From Terriglobia bacterium (GTDB taxonomy: Bacteria; Acidobacteriota; Terriglobia; JAJPHL01; JAPKYU01): a stretch of DNA of 64,000 nt. The stretch covers positions 96,001-160,000 of the forward strand of contig CBDCVK010000010.1 in the NCBI GenBank assembly GCA_965223005.1, given 5' to 3'. The notes beneath the pieces are model-generated. The model did no database searches. It was not told where the DNA came from and was given only the letters and a program-made list of their open reading frames with translations. Positions 50,405 to 60,456 of this stretch are shown here, one piece after another. A program made the translations under genes and the position numbers. The stretch's first letter is position 1, and every line of letters begins with the position of its first letter.

Positions 50405-50941
50405 CTACCCGGCCAGCTTCCCGGCCACCCCCAGCGCCGCTTCAAAATCCGGAAGCGTGCTGAGCTCCTTGACGTACTCGACGTGGCGCACCGTATCGTC
50501 CTTATCGAGGACGAAGATGGCGCGGGCATCAAGCCGCAGTTCCTTGACCAGAGTCCCGTAGGCATGGCCGAAGGAGGCGTCGCGGTGGTCCGACAGGGTG
50601 CGCAGGTTACTGACGTCGGCGGCGCCGCACCAGCGCTTCTGGGCAAACGGCAGGTCCATGCTAATGGTCAGGATCTCTGCGTTCGGCAGCTTCGCCGCTT
50701 CTTCGTTGAACCGGCGCGTCTGCTGGTCGCACACCGGCGTGTCCAGCGATGGCACGACGCTCAGGATGCGCACCTTGCCTGCCGTGTCTTTCAAGCTGAC
50801 GGGCTTCAGGTCGTTGTCCAGCACGGTGAAACCCGGTGCGCGGTCGCCCACCCGGATTTCAGCCCCGACCAGAGTAAAGGGGTTGTTGAACAAGGTCACC
50901 GCGCCGGCTCGTTCCACCGGCGACGCCTTGGCTCCTGCCAT
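50405..50941 (-). CDS. tpx: Thiol peroxidase
   Basis: VPSLDTPVC; SMDLPFAQKRWC. Confidence 0.95.
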   Translation of the reverse strand: MAGAKASPVERAGAVTLFNNPFTLVGAEIRVGDRAPGFTVLDNDLKPVSLKDTAGKVRILSVVPSLDTPVCDQQTRRFNEEAAKLPNAEILTISMDLPFAQKRWCGAADVSNLRTLSDHRDASFGHAYGTLVKELRLDARAIFVLDKDDTVRHVEYVKELSTLPDFEAALGVAGKLAG

Positions 50942-51019
50942 GGGATACTCCTCCCTATGAGAATTTCCTGCTTCGAACCGGGAGATTATACACGTGAACC
51001 CCCCCCCCCGCTCAGCTTT

Positions 51020-52156
51020 TCATTCGGCCGGAGCCTGCTCCGCCTCGGGCGGCCCGACATCGGGCGGCATCTCGCCGGTCAGCGACTCCAGAAACGCCAC
51101 CAGATCGGCGCGCTCCCGGCCGCTGAGGAAGTCCAGCTCTCGAATTTCCTTGTCGAGGTGCGGGTTGGAGTTGCCGCCTCCCACGTAGAGATCCACGACT
51201 TCTTTCAGCGTCTTAAGGCTGCCGTCGTGCATGTAGGGAGCTGTCTGTGCGATGTTACGAAGCGAAGGGGTCTTAAAAGCGCCCCGGTCGGCTTCATTCT
51301 TGGTGACGTCGAAGCGCCCTTGGTCGGTCAACTCCGGGACGCCACCGAGTACCAGCTTCACGCCAACCCCCAGGTTGTGGAACTTGTTGTCGGCAAACAA
51401 GGCGTGTTTCTCACCAATGGTGTGGCACTCAGCGCAGTTGCCCTTCTTGGGTTCGCGAAACACCTCCAGGCCGCGCTGGGCGGCCTTGCTCAGCGCCTTC
51501 GTATCGCCGGCATAATAGTGCCGGTCGAAAGGAGAATTGCCGCTGACGACCGTGCGCTCAAAGGAAGCGATGGCCTTCCCCACCTTCTCGTAGGTGATCG
51601 GCCCCGGGCCAAAGGCCTTTTCGAAGGCCGCCCGGTAGCTGGCGTCAGCCGTTAGCTTTTTCTCCACTCCCTCCAGAGTGTGGGCCATCTCGACCGAGTT
51701 CTCCACCGGACCAGCGGCCTGCTTCTCTAGACTCGGCGCGCGCCCATCCCAGAATTGAGTGGTGTAGTAGGCGGCGTTGAAGACGGTGGGGGCATTGCGG
51801 CCGCCCTTCTGGCCCCTTACCCCCTCGGAAAACTGCTTCCCATCGGTGAAGCCAAAGTCGGGGTGATGACAGGTGGCGCAGGCCACCGTGTTGTCCACCG
51901 AGAGGATGGGATCGTAGTAGAGCAGACGCCCCAATGCGACGGTGTCGGCAGTGGGAGGATTGTCGGCAGGAATCGGGACCGGAGGCAATCCCAGCGGAGC
52001 GCGGACCTCGATGGGAGGCCCGAGAGGCATTGCTGCTGGAGGTGCCTTGGCCGGCGGCGCCGGCTCCGGCTTTCGAGCGCGGTATAGCAACAGTCCCACC
52101 ACGATCAGAACAACACCAAGAACCATGAGCATGAGCGCTTTTAGGGAATCCATCAC
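51020..52156 (-). CDS. Di-heme cytochrome c peroxidase family protein
   Basis: CATCH; RNAPTV; QFWDGRA; CAECH; FKTPSLRN...PYMHDG. Confidence 0.93.
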   Translation of the reverse strand: MMDSLKALMLMVLGVVLIVVGLLLYRARKPEPAPPAKAPPAAMPLGPPIEVRAPLGLPPVPIPADNPPTADTVALGRLLYYDPILSVDNTVACATCHHPDFGFTDGKQFSEGVRGQKGGRNAPTVFNAAYYTTQFWDGRAPSLEKQAAGPVENSVEMAHTLEGVEKKLTADASYRAAFEKAFGPGPITYEKVGKAIASFERTVVSGNSPFDRHYYAGDTKALSKAAQRGLEVFREPKKGNCAECHTIGEKHALFADNKFHNLGVGVKLVLGGVPELTDQGRFDVTKNEADRGAFKTPSLRNIAQTAPYMHDGSLKTLKEVVDLYVGGGNSNPHLDKEIRELDFLSGRERADLVAFLESLTGEMPPDVGPPEAEQAPAE

Positions 52157-52277
52157 CGCCTCCTTGCCACTAGTCTACCTCTAGTCTGCCTCCACTCCAG
52201 AGCTGAGTTCAGGAGCCTTGCCCGGTAGTCATCCGGGTCTGAAAATCGCCGCCAGGTGGAATAGACCGCATCCGGCC

Positions 52278-53006
52278 CTAGCTGCGCAAGTGCTTTTCCC
52301 AGCCGGGAACCTCAAGCGAGGTGAAGGCGTAGAGCGGGAACAGACGCTGGAACGTCTGCTCAATCTGGCGCGCCAGGCTGGCGCTGCCCAGGCCCGGATG
52401 GGAAGGCTTGAAGACCTTGCGCACTACCCAACCATCCAGGCGCAACCACTCGGCCGCGGAGCGGGGCAGGCCGCTGGTCTTGACCCGCTGCTTCTTTTCG
52501 CTGCGGTACCAGTAGCAGTCGTAACCATGGCGCACAACGTGACGGGCCAGCCACCGTTCCAGCCGCTGCTGGCGGGTTTCGAGGCGCGGTCGAAACACGC
52601 GGACCAGCGTGCCGGTCTTGCTCTGGGCATAAATGGAGAAGCCCAAGGTAAGGCCCTCGCCGCTGACCCCCACGTAGAGGCGGCCGTCGGAGGGGCGGTC
52701 GCGCCGCCGGTCGTAAAAGTACAGGTAGTAGTTGGTGTGGTAGGGGCTCCGGTCGGGCCAAAAGCGGATGTCGCGGTTGATGCGGGAGAAATTTCCGTTT
52801 GTCTTACCCGCCGTGTCAAAGTAAGGGTTTAGGCGAAGCACGGCGGGTTCCAGTCGGGCCAACAGCGCCCGAAACGTAGCGACCAGCAACTCGTAGCGCT
52901 TCCGGTTCTGGTCAAACCATTCCTTCCGGTTGTGGCGGGCCAGCTCGCGAAAGAAAGCGAAGTGCTCGCGCGAGAAGCCACTGAAGGCAACCTGTTTCGC
53001 CTGCAT
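52278..53006 (-). CDS. DUF2461 family protein
   Basis: FFRELARHNRKEWF; RINRDIRF. Confidence 0.88.
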   Translation of the reverse strand: MQAKQVAFSGFSREHFAFFRELARHNRKEWFDQNRKRYELLVATFRALLARLEPAVLRLNPYFDTAGKTNGNFSRINRDIRFWPDRSPYHTNYYLYFYDRRRDRPSDGRLYVGVSGEGLTLGFSIYAQSKTGTLVRVFRPRLETRQQRLERWLARHVVRHGYDCYWYRSEKKQRVKTSGLPRSAAEWLRLDGWVVRKVFKPSHPGLGSASLARQIEQTFQRLFPLYAFTSLEVPGWEKHLRS

Positions 53007-53113
53007 GGGCCGATTCTAACATGCCGCGGCCCGGCGGCGTTTCGACGACAGGTCCGGAAGAGGTGCTCTGGAGAAAAATGGCCCTGCTCCAGTGAAACAG
53101 CACTAGACTGGGA

Positions 53114-53461
53114 GTGATGCCGGAATGCCTATTCTGCCAGATTGTGCGCGGGGAGCGCCCCTCGCGCATTGTGTTTGAAGATGACGCCGTAGTGGCCTTC
53201 GAGGACGTTCGCCCGCAGGCCCCCACCCACCTGCTGGTAATCCCTCGCAAGCACATCGCTGGACTGGACGAGGCAGAGGCCGAAGACGAGTTGCTGCTGG
53301 GCCGCCTCCAGCGAGTCGCGGCCCAGCTTGCGGTCGAGCGCAACATCCACCGCACCGGCTACCGCACCGTGCTCAACGTCGGCTCGAACGCCGGCCAGAG
53401 CGTTTTTCATCTGCACCTGCACCTGCTGGGCGGGCGCCCCATGCAATGGCCTCCAGGATAA
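53114..53461 (+). CDS. HIT family (HINT-like) nucleotide hydrolase
   Basis: CLFC; PQAPTH; GQSVFHLHLHLLGG. Confidence 0.95.
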   Translation: MMPECLFCQIVRGERPSRIVFEDDAVVAFEDVRPQAPTHLLVIPRKHIAGLDEAEAEDELLLGRLQRVAAQLAVERNIHRTGYRTVLNVGSNAGQSVFHLHLHLLGGRPMQWPPG

Positions 53462-53489
53462 CCTCGTAGGTGTTATCCTCTTCGAACTG

Positions 53490-54167
53490 ATGCCCGAATC
53501 CCATAACGCAAAAGGAGCAGAACCTGGGGGCACCCGGCCCGAGGCCGGCAAACCCGAGGGCGTTGCGAAGTCGGAGAAGCCAAGACCGCAGGTACCAGCA
53601 GGCGCCGTGAGCCCTGCCCAGCCGGTCAAGCCTGCTGTTGGGAAAAAGCACGAAGCGAAATCGCTCAAGCCCCAGACCCCCACTCCCGGTGCGCTAGTGG
53701 TGGAGGAATCGGTGGAGATTGCCGCCCCTCCCGAAAAGGTGTGGAAAATCTTTACCGAGGAGCAGAACTGGCCGAACTGGAATCCCGTGACCAAGCGGGC
53801 CAGCCACCTGAGCGGCTCTCGGTGGAGGCTGGGCTGGCAGTTTGAGTTGGTGTTGCGGAATCGGCCGTTCCCTTCCTTGACGGTCCGACCGATCGTGCTA
53901 GAGGTAAGCGTGCCACTGCTGGTGCGTTGGTTCGAGGCGGCGCCGGGCCTCAGCGCGATGCACTGGTTCCTGTTCGAGAAGACCGAGACGGGCACGCGCG
54001 TGACCAGCTACGAGGAGTTCACCGGAATGCTGACACCGCTGTTGCGGCTCTTCAGCGGCTTGATCTTCCGCATGGTCCGCCGCTGGTTGCAAGCTTTGAA
54101 ACAAGAGTGCGAGAAGACGGCCCCATCGGCTGCGGGGTCCTCGCTGCCGGTGTTAGGGGCAAAATAG
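53490..54167 (+). CDS. SRPBCC family protein with a low-complexity N-terminus
   Basis: IAAPPEKVW...WPNWNP; H.F...GTRV...EEFTG. Confidence 0.85.
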   Translation: MPESHNAKGAEPGGTRPEAGKPEGVAKSEKPRPQVPAGAVSPAQPVKPAVGKKHEAKSLKPQTPTPGALVVEESVEIAAPPEKVWKIFTEEQNWPNWNPVTKRASHLSGSRWRLGWQFELVLRNRPFPSLTVRPIVLEVSVPLLVRWFEAAPGLSAMHWFLFEKTETGTRVTSYEEFTGMLTPLLRLFSGLIFRMVRRWLQALKQECEKTAPSAAGSSLPVLGAK

Positions 54168-54198
54168 CCGCACGCTGGCTGTACGAAGCCAGGCCCCC

Positions 54199-54232
54199 TG
54201 TCATTCCGAACGAAGCGAGGAATGTGCTTTTC
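54199..54232. repeat. Half copy of the REP-like element
   Basis: TGTCATTCCGAACGAAGCGAGGAATGTGCTTTTC, nearly identical to the reverse complement of 36087-36120. Confidence 0.8.
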
Positions 54233-54263
54233 GCTTGCCATGCAGGTTCTGCCGCTGGTCGCC

Positions 54264-54980
54264 TCAACCGCCGAGTATGCGACGCCGCGTCCGATGGGGC
54301 AGCTTTTCGCAGGCAATGCGAAGGAGGAGGCGCGCCGCCCGCTGCCGGACACGCCGCAAGTAGGCCACCACCGGCTGGCGTCTCACCTGGCCAGCTTCCT
54401 TCAGCAGCCAGCCCACGGCCTTTTGCACCATGTCGTCGTCATCCTGCAGAAGTCGATCGGACAAGCGCAAAGTCTGCTGGGTATACATGCCCCGCCGGGC
54501 AGCGGGGACCAGGGAGACAGCCGCTGCCCGACGGTGCCAGCGGTTCTTTGATTTCGCCCAGCGAAAGACGCTGCCGAGTCGCGCAGAGTCGGCCGCAATC
54601 ATCCGGCCCAGCAACGCTGTGCAGAACAAGTCACAGGCGGCCCAGTTGCGGATGTGCGGCAGCCAGCGCTCCAGGCGCCGAAACTCGACCGAGCCAAACT
54701 GGTGTACCGACCGTTGGAGCAAAGCCACTCCCAGCACCGCCTCTTCCAGCGTGGGCCCTGCGAACAGCTTCCCTGCCACGGCGAGCAGCAGATCGGAATC
54801 GCCCGTCGCCAATATCTCCCGCCGCAGCCTCCCCGCCAGTTTTCTGACTTCAGCCGTGCGCCAGCCATAGGCCCGTACCGGCTCCTTGAAAAACCGCTGC
54901 ATCTGCCGCGCAAAGGCCGGCGAAGCCTTGCTCCGAAGCTCACGACGCGTGGCGCGGACCAACTGTTCTGCACGATTCAT
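54264..54980 (-). CDS. AlkD-like DNA alkylation repair protein
   Basis: NWAACD; W.RRAAAV; DDMVQKAVGWLLKE. Confidence 0.88.
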   Translation of the reverse strand: MNRAEQLVRATRRELRSKASPAFARQMQRFFKEPVRAYGWRTAEVRKLAGRLRREILATGDSDLLLAVAGKLFAGPTLEEAVLGVALLQRSVHQFGSVEFRRLERWLPHIRNWAACDLFCTALLGRMIAADSARLGSVFRWAKSKNRWHRRAAAVSLVPAARRGMYTQQTLRLSDRLLQDDDDMVQKAVGWLLKEAGQVRRQPVVAYLRRVRQRAARLLLRIACEKLPHRTRRRILGG

Positions 54981-55070
54981 GGGCAACCTTATGTCATGGA
55001 GGTCCAGATCTGGCAAGCGAACATAAATCCGTTTCGGGACTCCCCCGGCCGGCCGCGCTACAATCGAAGG

Positions 55071-55520
55071 GTGACGGCGCGGTACGAGATCCTGGAGCAT
55101 CCGGCCGACGTTGGGCTGCTGGCCCGCGGGGCTTCGCTGGCCGAATTGTTCGAGAACGCGGCAGCAGGAATGATGGAGATTGCCGTCGAGCCGGACGGCG
55201 TCGCCGAGCGCGAACAGAAGCGTATCGCCGCCGAAGCAACAGACCGAGAGGCGCTGCTGGTAAATTTCCTCCAAGAGGTGCTGTGGTTGGTGGATGGCGA
55301 AGGCTGGCTGGCCCGCCGCGTGGCGGTCACCCAAATCAGCGACACCCGCGTCTCGGCCACTGCCTTCGGCGAGCCGCGCAACGCGGCTCGCCACGCCATG
55401 CGGCTGATCATTAAGGCCGTCACCTATCACCAGCTTTCGGTGCGCCAGCAGTCCGAAGGCCCGCAGTCGGAAAGCCAGCAATCGGAAGGATGGAAGGCGG
55501 AAGTCTACTTCGACATATGA
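55071..55520 (+). CDS. Archease
   Basis: EHPADVG; IKAVTYH; FDI C-terminus; ATGA overlap with rtcB. Confidence 0.93.
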   Translation: MTARYEILEHPADVGLLARGASLAELFENAAAGMMEIAVEPDGVAEREQKRIAAEATDREALLVNFLQEVLWLVDGEGWLARRVAVTQISDTRVSATAFGEPRNAARHAMRLIIKAVTYHQLSVRQQSEGPQSESQQSEGWKAEVYFDI

Positions 55521-56965
55521 TCCCCCGCGAAAAAATCCGGAAGCTGGACGATTACCGCTACCTGATCCCGCGCGACACGCGGCCCGGGATGCGGACCGAC
55601 GCCCTGGTCTACACCGACGCCGGCCTGCTGGAGCACATCGTGAAGGACCTGTCGCTGGAGCAGGCGGTGAACGTGGCCACGCTGCCCGGCATCGTGGGCC
55701 GGTCGCTGGCCATGCCCGACATCCACCAGGGCTACGGTTTCCCCATCGGCGGGGTGGCCGCCACCGACTGGCACGACGGCGTGGTCTCGCCGGGGGGCGT
55801 GGGCTTCGACATCAATTGTGGGGTGCGCCTGCTCGGCACTTCGCTGAGCCAACAGGACGTGCGGCCCCGCCTGCGGGAGCTGGTGTTGCAACTGTTTCGC
55901 GACGTGCCCTGCGGCACCGGCGGCCAGGGCCACGTCAAGCTGTCGACGGCTGAGCTGGACCACCTGCTGGTCCACGGCGCGCAGTGGATGGTGGAGCACG
56001 GGTACGGTCAGGGCGCCGACGCCGAGTTCACCGAGTCGGGCGGGGCGCTGGCGGCGGCCGACCCTGTCAAGGTCTCCGAACGCGCCCACCAGCGTGGCCG
56101 CCCGCAGGTGGGCACGCTGGGCAGCGGCAACCACTTCCTGGAAGTGCAGTTCGTCCAACGCATCTTTGATCAGCAAGCGGCCGAGGCGCTGGGCCTGGTG
56201 CAAGACCAGGTGGTGGTGCTCATCCACAGCGGCTCGCGCGGCTTCGGCCACCAGGTCTGCACCGACTACGTAAAAATGATGCACGGCGCCATGCAGAAGT
56301 ACGACATCAAGCTGCCCGACCGGCAACTGGCCTGCGCGCCCATCCAGTCACCCGAAGGCCAGGACTACTTGGGGGCCATGGCGGCGGCGGCCAACTACGC
56401 CTGGGCCAACCGCCAGGGCATCACACACTTCACGCGCAAGGCGATCCAGCGGCTGTTCGGCGAGCAGACCCCGGTGCGGGTAATCTATGACGTGGCCCAC
56501 AACATCGCCAAGCGCGAGCGCTACGTGGTGGAGGGTGAGCGCGAGCCGCGCGATGTGCTGGTACACCGCAAGGGCGCCACCCGTGCCTTCCCGGCCGGCA
56601 ACCCCGAAATCCCGGCGCGCTACCGCCACGTGGGCCAGCCGGTGCTGATCCCCGGCAGCATGGGCACCGCCTCCTTCGTGCTGGTAGGCGCCGAAGGAGC
56701 GATGCGGGAGACCTTCGGCAGCGTTTGCCACGGCGCCGGACGCATGATGAGCCGCACCGCCGCCAAGAAAGGCCGCAACGCCAAAGAAGTGCAGCAGGCG
56801 CTGGAGGAGCAGGGCATCCTGGTGAAGAGCGAGACGCGCGACGGCATCCTGGAGGAGATCCCGGAAGCTTACAAGGATATTGACGCCGTCATTGACGTGG
56901 TGCACAACGCCGGACTGGCCAAGAAAGTGGCGCGCCTGCGCCCGATGGGCGTCATCAAAGGCTGA
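55517..56965 (+). CDS. rtcB: RNA ligase RtcB (archaeal/eukaryal-like type)
   Basis: MPDIHQGYGFPIGG; DINCG; GSGNHF; HSGSRG; HRKGATR; PGSMG; HGAGR. Confidence 0.97.
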   Translation: MIPREKIRKLDDYRYLIPRDTRPGMRTDALVYTDAGLLEHIVKDLSLEQAVNVATLPGIVGRSLAMPDIHQGYGFPIGGVAATDWHDGVVSPGGVGFDINCGVRLLGTSLSQQDVRPRLRELVLQLFRDVPCGTGGQGHVKLSTAELDHLLVHGAQWMVEHGYGQGADAEFTESGGALAAADPVKVSERAHQRGRPQVGTLGSGNHFLEVQFVQRIFDQQAAEALGLVQDQVVVLIHSGSRGFGHQVCTDYVKMMHGAMQKYDIKLPDRQLACAPIQSPEGQDYLGAMAAAANYAWANRQGITHFTRKAIQRLFGEQTPVRVIYDVAHNIAKRERYVVEGEREPRDVLVHRKGATRAFPAGNPEIPARYRHVGQPVLIPGSMGTASFVLVGAEGAMRETFGSVCHGAGRMMSRTAAKKGRNAKEVQQALEEQGILVKSETRDGILEEIPEAYKDIDAVIDVVHNAGLAKKVARLRPMGVIKG

Positions 56966-57005
56966 ATTGCGGAATGAGCAGGATAAACCGGCGCGGGAGG
57001 TCCGT

Positions 57006-57827
57006 ATGGGAAAGCTGGCCACGACCTGGCAACTGGCCAAGGTGAGCTGGGGAGTGCTGCGCGCCGACAAGGAGCTGCTGTTGCTGCCGGTGCTGTCGGC
57101 CATTTGCGCTGTACTCGTTTCGGCTACTTTCTTTATTCCACTCATCTGGATGCCGCAAGAGGCAACCGAAGGGGAACCGGGCTTCTGGGTCTATCTGGGC
57201 GTGTTCCTGTCTTACTTCGTCAACTACTTCGTGATGATCTTCTTCAACACGGCGCTGATCGGCGCCACCACCATCCGCCTGCAAGGGAGTAACCCAACCC
57301 TGGGTCAAGGCCTCAGCTTTGCCTGGCAAAACCTGGGCCGCATTGCCCAGTGGGCCGTGGTGGCTGCCACGGTGGGCATGATCCTGAAACTGATCGAACG
57401 ACGGGTAGCCGCGCTGGGCAGGCTGATCGTCAGCCTGATTGGTGTCGCCTGGACGCTGGCCACGTATTTCGTGGTGCCGGTGATGGTCTACGAAAAGCTG
57501 GGGCCCATTGAGGCCGTCAAGCGCTCAGCCTTGATGTTCCGCCAGACCTGGGGCGAGCGCCTGGTCAGTGCGGTCAGCTTTGGGCTGCTGTTTTTCCTGC
57601 TTGCCATCCCGGCGTTCGTGGTCCCGGTGCTGGCTGGGTTGTTGCTGGGCGGCACCGCTTTTCTCGTGATGTTCAGCGTCGCGGTCCTCTACCTGATCCT
57701 GCTAGCGGTGGTCAGCGCGGCACTGAACGGTGTGTTCGTGGCGGCGCTCTACCAGTACGCCACCACCGGCCAGGCCTCGGGCCCGTTCACCCCACAATTG
57801 CTCAACTCCGCCTGGAGACCACGGTAG
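57006..57827 (+). CDS. DUF6159-like membrane protein
   Basis: DKELL; W.LATYFVVP; TWGE; multiple TM helices. Confidence 0.8.
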   Translation: MGKLATTWQLAKVSWGVLRADKELLLLPVLSAICAVLVSATFFIPLIWMPQEATEGEPGFWVYLGVFLSYFVNYFVMIFFNTALIGATTIRLQGSNPTLGQGLSFAWQNLGRIAQWAVVAATVGMILKLIERRVAALGRLIVSLIGVAWTLATYFVVPVMVYEKLGPIEAVKRSALMFRQTWGERLVSAVSFGLLFFLLAIPAFVVPVLAGLLLGGTAFLVMFSVAVLYLILLAVVSAALNGVFVAALYQYATTGQASGPFTPQLLNSAWRPR

Positions 57828-57972
57828 CAGGAAACTACCGCTGGCCTCACCTCTCCAGCTAAAGGCTTCGCGCCTGGAGCAGCGATGACGCGACTGGTCC
57901 TGGGTTGATCGGAGAAGTTGATGGGGAAAATGGTATAAGAGTGGCGTAAGGATATCGCTGCGGAGAAATAGC

Positions 57973-58875
57973 ATGCGGGCACTCGTGACCGGGGGTACCG
58001 GGTTCATCGGACGGCGGTTGGTGAAGAGCCTCACCCGTCCAGTGGTGCTCAGTCGCGATCCGGAGCGCGCTAAGAAGCTCCTGGGTGAAGTTGAAGTTTA
58101 CCCCTGGGAGCATCCGGGCGCCCTGCCTCCGGAAGCTGCCTTCGACCAGGTGGAGGTGGTTTTTCACCTGGCTGGCGACCCGATCGCCGCAGGCCGTTGG
58201 ACCGAGGCCCGCAAAGAGCGCATCCGCGAGAGCCGCGTCCGCGGCACCCGCAGCCTCGTCACCGCCATCGAGTTGCTGCACCAGCGGCCCCGGGTGCTGG
58301 TTTCGGGCTCGGCCGTCGGTTACTACGGCGACCGCGGCGCGGACGTACTGGAGGAGTCTGCAAACCCTGGCAGCGATTTCCTGTCCCAGGTGTGCAGCGC
58401 CTGGGAGGCTGAAGCCAACCGCGCCGCCCCCCTGGGCCTGCGCGTGGTCACGCCACGCACCGGGATCGTGCTGGGCCTGGGAGGCGGCGCGCTGGCCAAG
58501 ATGCTGACGCCCTTCAAGCTGGGCCTCGGTGGCCGGCTGGGCAGCGGGCGGCAGTGGATGCCCTGGATTCACATCGACGACTTGATCGGGTTGCTGCTGC
58601 ACGCGGCCGAGAAGAGCGAGATTTCCGGGGGCATGAACACCGTGAGCCCGACGCCGGTGACGAACAGGGAGTTTACTCGGACGCTGGCCTCGGTGCTCTG
58701 GCGGCCGGCCATCTTCCCGGTTCCGGCGCTGGCGCTGCGAATACTTTTCGGTGAAATGGCTTCGATCCTGCTCAGCTCGCAGCGCGTCGTGCCGCGCGTT
58801 GCCGAGCGGACTGGCTATCGCTTCCGCTACTCAGCGCTGTCTGAGGCTCTGCGCGCCATTCTCAGCAGCGCGTAG
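57973..58875 (+). CDS. TIGR01777 NAD-dependent epimerase family protein
   Basis: TGGTGFIG; SAVGYYG; GRQWMPWIHIDD. Confidence 0.93.
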   Translation: MRALVTGGTGFIGRRLVKSLTRPVVLSRDPERAKKLLGEVEVYPWEHPGALPPEAAFDQVEVVFHLAGDPIAAGRWTEARKERIRESRVRGTRSLVTAIELLHQRPRVLVSGSAVGYYGDRGADVLEESANPGSDFLSQVCSAWEAEANRAAPLGLRVVTPRTGIVLGLGGGALAKMLTPFKLGLGGRLGSGRQWMPWIHIDDLIGLLLHAAEKSEISGGMNTVSPTPVTNREFTRTLASVLWRPAIFPVPALALRILFGEMASILLSSQRVVPRVAERTGYRFRYSALSEALRAILSSA

Positions 58876-58926
58876 TCATAATTTCCCACGAGAGCACACA
58901 GCGGCAACTATAATCAAAGCAAGGCA

Positions 58927-59562
58927 ATGAAGTGCGTCTTATGCAATCAGAGGAGCGGCAAACGGTACTGCCCGGGAGTGCGCGGCTACATCTGCGGGCC
59001 CTGTTGCGGCACGGAGCGCGAAGTCTCGATCGAATGCCCCTTTGACTGCGTGTATCTGCAGGAAGCGCACCGCCGTGAGCTGGAGCGTGCCGAACCTCCA
59101 ACCGAGGTGCTTTATGCCGGTCACGAAGTTCCCCGCGACTTCGTGCACGAAAAGGAGCCATTCATCGGCGGCTTGTCGCACTCGTTGCTGCGCTACGCAA
59201 TGAACAACCCAGGGATGGTGGACGCCGACGCACGAGCCACGCTCGACGCGTTGGTCCGCACCTACGAGACACTCTCCAGCGGCCTGGTCTATGAGACGCT
59301 GCCCGAGGGACTATTGCGGGTCAACTTGTACAGGGAGTTGCAAAAGTTCTTCGAGGACTGGAGGAAACAGGAGTCGGAGCGTGCCGGCATGACGGTGATC
59401 CGCGACGGGGACATGTTGCGCTCCCTGGTGTTCCTGGGACGGCTGGCGCAGGTCCACGACAACCGCCGGCCTCGCGGCAAGGCTTTCGTCTCCTTCCTCC
59501 GTCGCGTCTTCCCCGAGCCCACGACTCCGGAGTCCCAGCGCCTGATCATCCCTGGCGCTTGA
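58927..59562 (+). CDS. Hypothetical protein with a Cys-rich N-terminus
   Basis: CVLC...YC...ICGPCCG...CPFDC; TATAAT immediately upstream. Confidence 0.8.
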   Translation: MKCVLCNQRSGKRYCPGVRGYICGPCCGTEREVSIECPFDCVYLQEAHRRELERAEPPTEVLYAGHEVPRDFVHEKEPFIGGLSHSLLRYAMNNPGMVDADARATLDALVRTYETLSSGLVYETLPEGLLRVNLYRELQKFFEDWRKQESERAGMTVIRDGDMLRSLVFLGRLAQVHDNRRPRGKAFVSFLRRVFPEPTTPESQRLIIPGA

Positions 59563-59607
59563 GCAGTCGCTGCCTGCGGAACTCAGCGGCTCCCCGACTG
59601 CGCCAGC

Positions 59608-60456
59608 TCACCTCCGAGCGCGCGGGTAGCTGCCCAATACGCGCAGGAACTGGGTGAGTTCGACCAGGTGACGCAGGGCGTTGCGGCAGCGCGGTTGTTT
59701 TGGTTGACCCAGAAAATCCAGGTAGAAGAAGTATTCCCAGGGGCGACCACGCACCGGGCGCGACTCGATCTTGTTCAGGTTGATGTCGCGCAGGGAAAAC
59801 GCGCCCAGACACTTGAACAGGGCGCCGGAGACGTTCTGAGTAGCAAAGACAATGGAAGTCTTGTCGGGCGAGCCCAGGCGGCGCAGCCCGGGCAGAGCCC
59901 GCCCGCGGCGCGCCAGCAAGAAGAAGCGCGTGTAGTTTTCCTTGTCATCTTCAATGCTCCGCCGCAGGATGCGCGCGCCGTAGATGGAGGCGGCGGCGGC
60001 GCTGGCAATGGCGGCCGCGTCCGGCTCCCGCTGCTCCATGATCATCTTGACGCTGCCGGCGGTGTCGTAAAACGGGACTGACTGGAGCTTCCGGTGGCGG
60101 CGGAAAAGGCTGCGGCATTGGCCCAGTGCCACCGGGTGCGAGAACACCCGGCGAACCTTCCCGAATTGCACCCCCGGCGGGGCGATCAGGTTGTGCACAA
60201 TGCGCACCTGGGTCTCAGCGACAATGGGGAAGCGGTACTGCAGCAACAAATCGTAGATTTCGTGCACCGAGCCCGCCAGAGTGTTCTCGATCGGCAGGAG
60301 GCCGCAGTCCACTTGGCCGCGCGCCAGGCGCCGGAACGCTTCTTCAAAGCTGGCCGAGGGCACCAGTTCGATCCGCTGGCCCAGAAGCTTTCGGGCAGCT
60401 TCCTCGCTGAAGGCGCCTCGTTCTCCCTGAATGGCCACACGCATGGCGCGCATCAT
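59608..60456 (-). CDS. pheA: Prephenate dehydratase
   Basis: GAFSE; PIEN; SHP; TRF; ACT domain KIESRP. Confidence 0.95.
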   Translation of the reverse strand: MMRAMRVAIQGERGAFSEEAARKLLGQRIELVPSASFEEAFRRLARGQVDCGLLPIENTLAGSVHEIYDLLLQYRFPIVAETQVRIVHNLIAPPGVQFGKVRRVFSHPVALGQCRSLFRRHRKLQSVPFYDTAGSVKMIMEQREPDAAAIASAAAASIYGARILRRSIEDDKENYTRFFLLARRGRALPGLRRLGSPDKTSIVFATQNVSGALFKCLGAFSLRDINLNKIESRPVRGRPWEYFFYLDFLGQPKQPRCRNALRHLVELTQFLRVLGSYPRARR

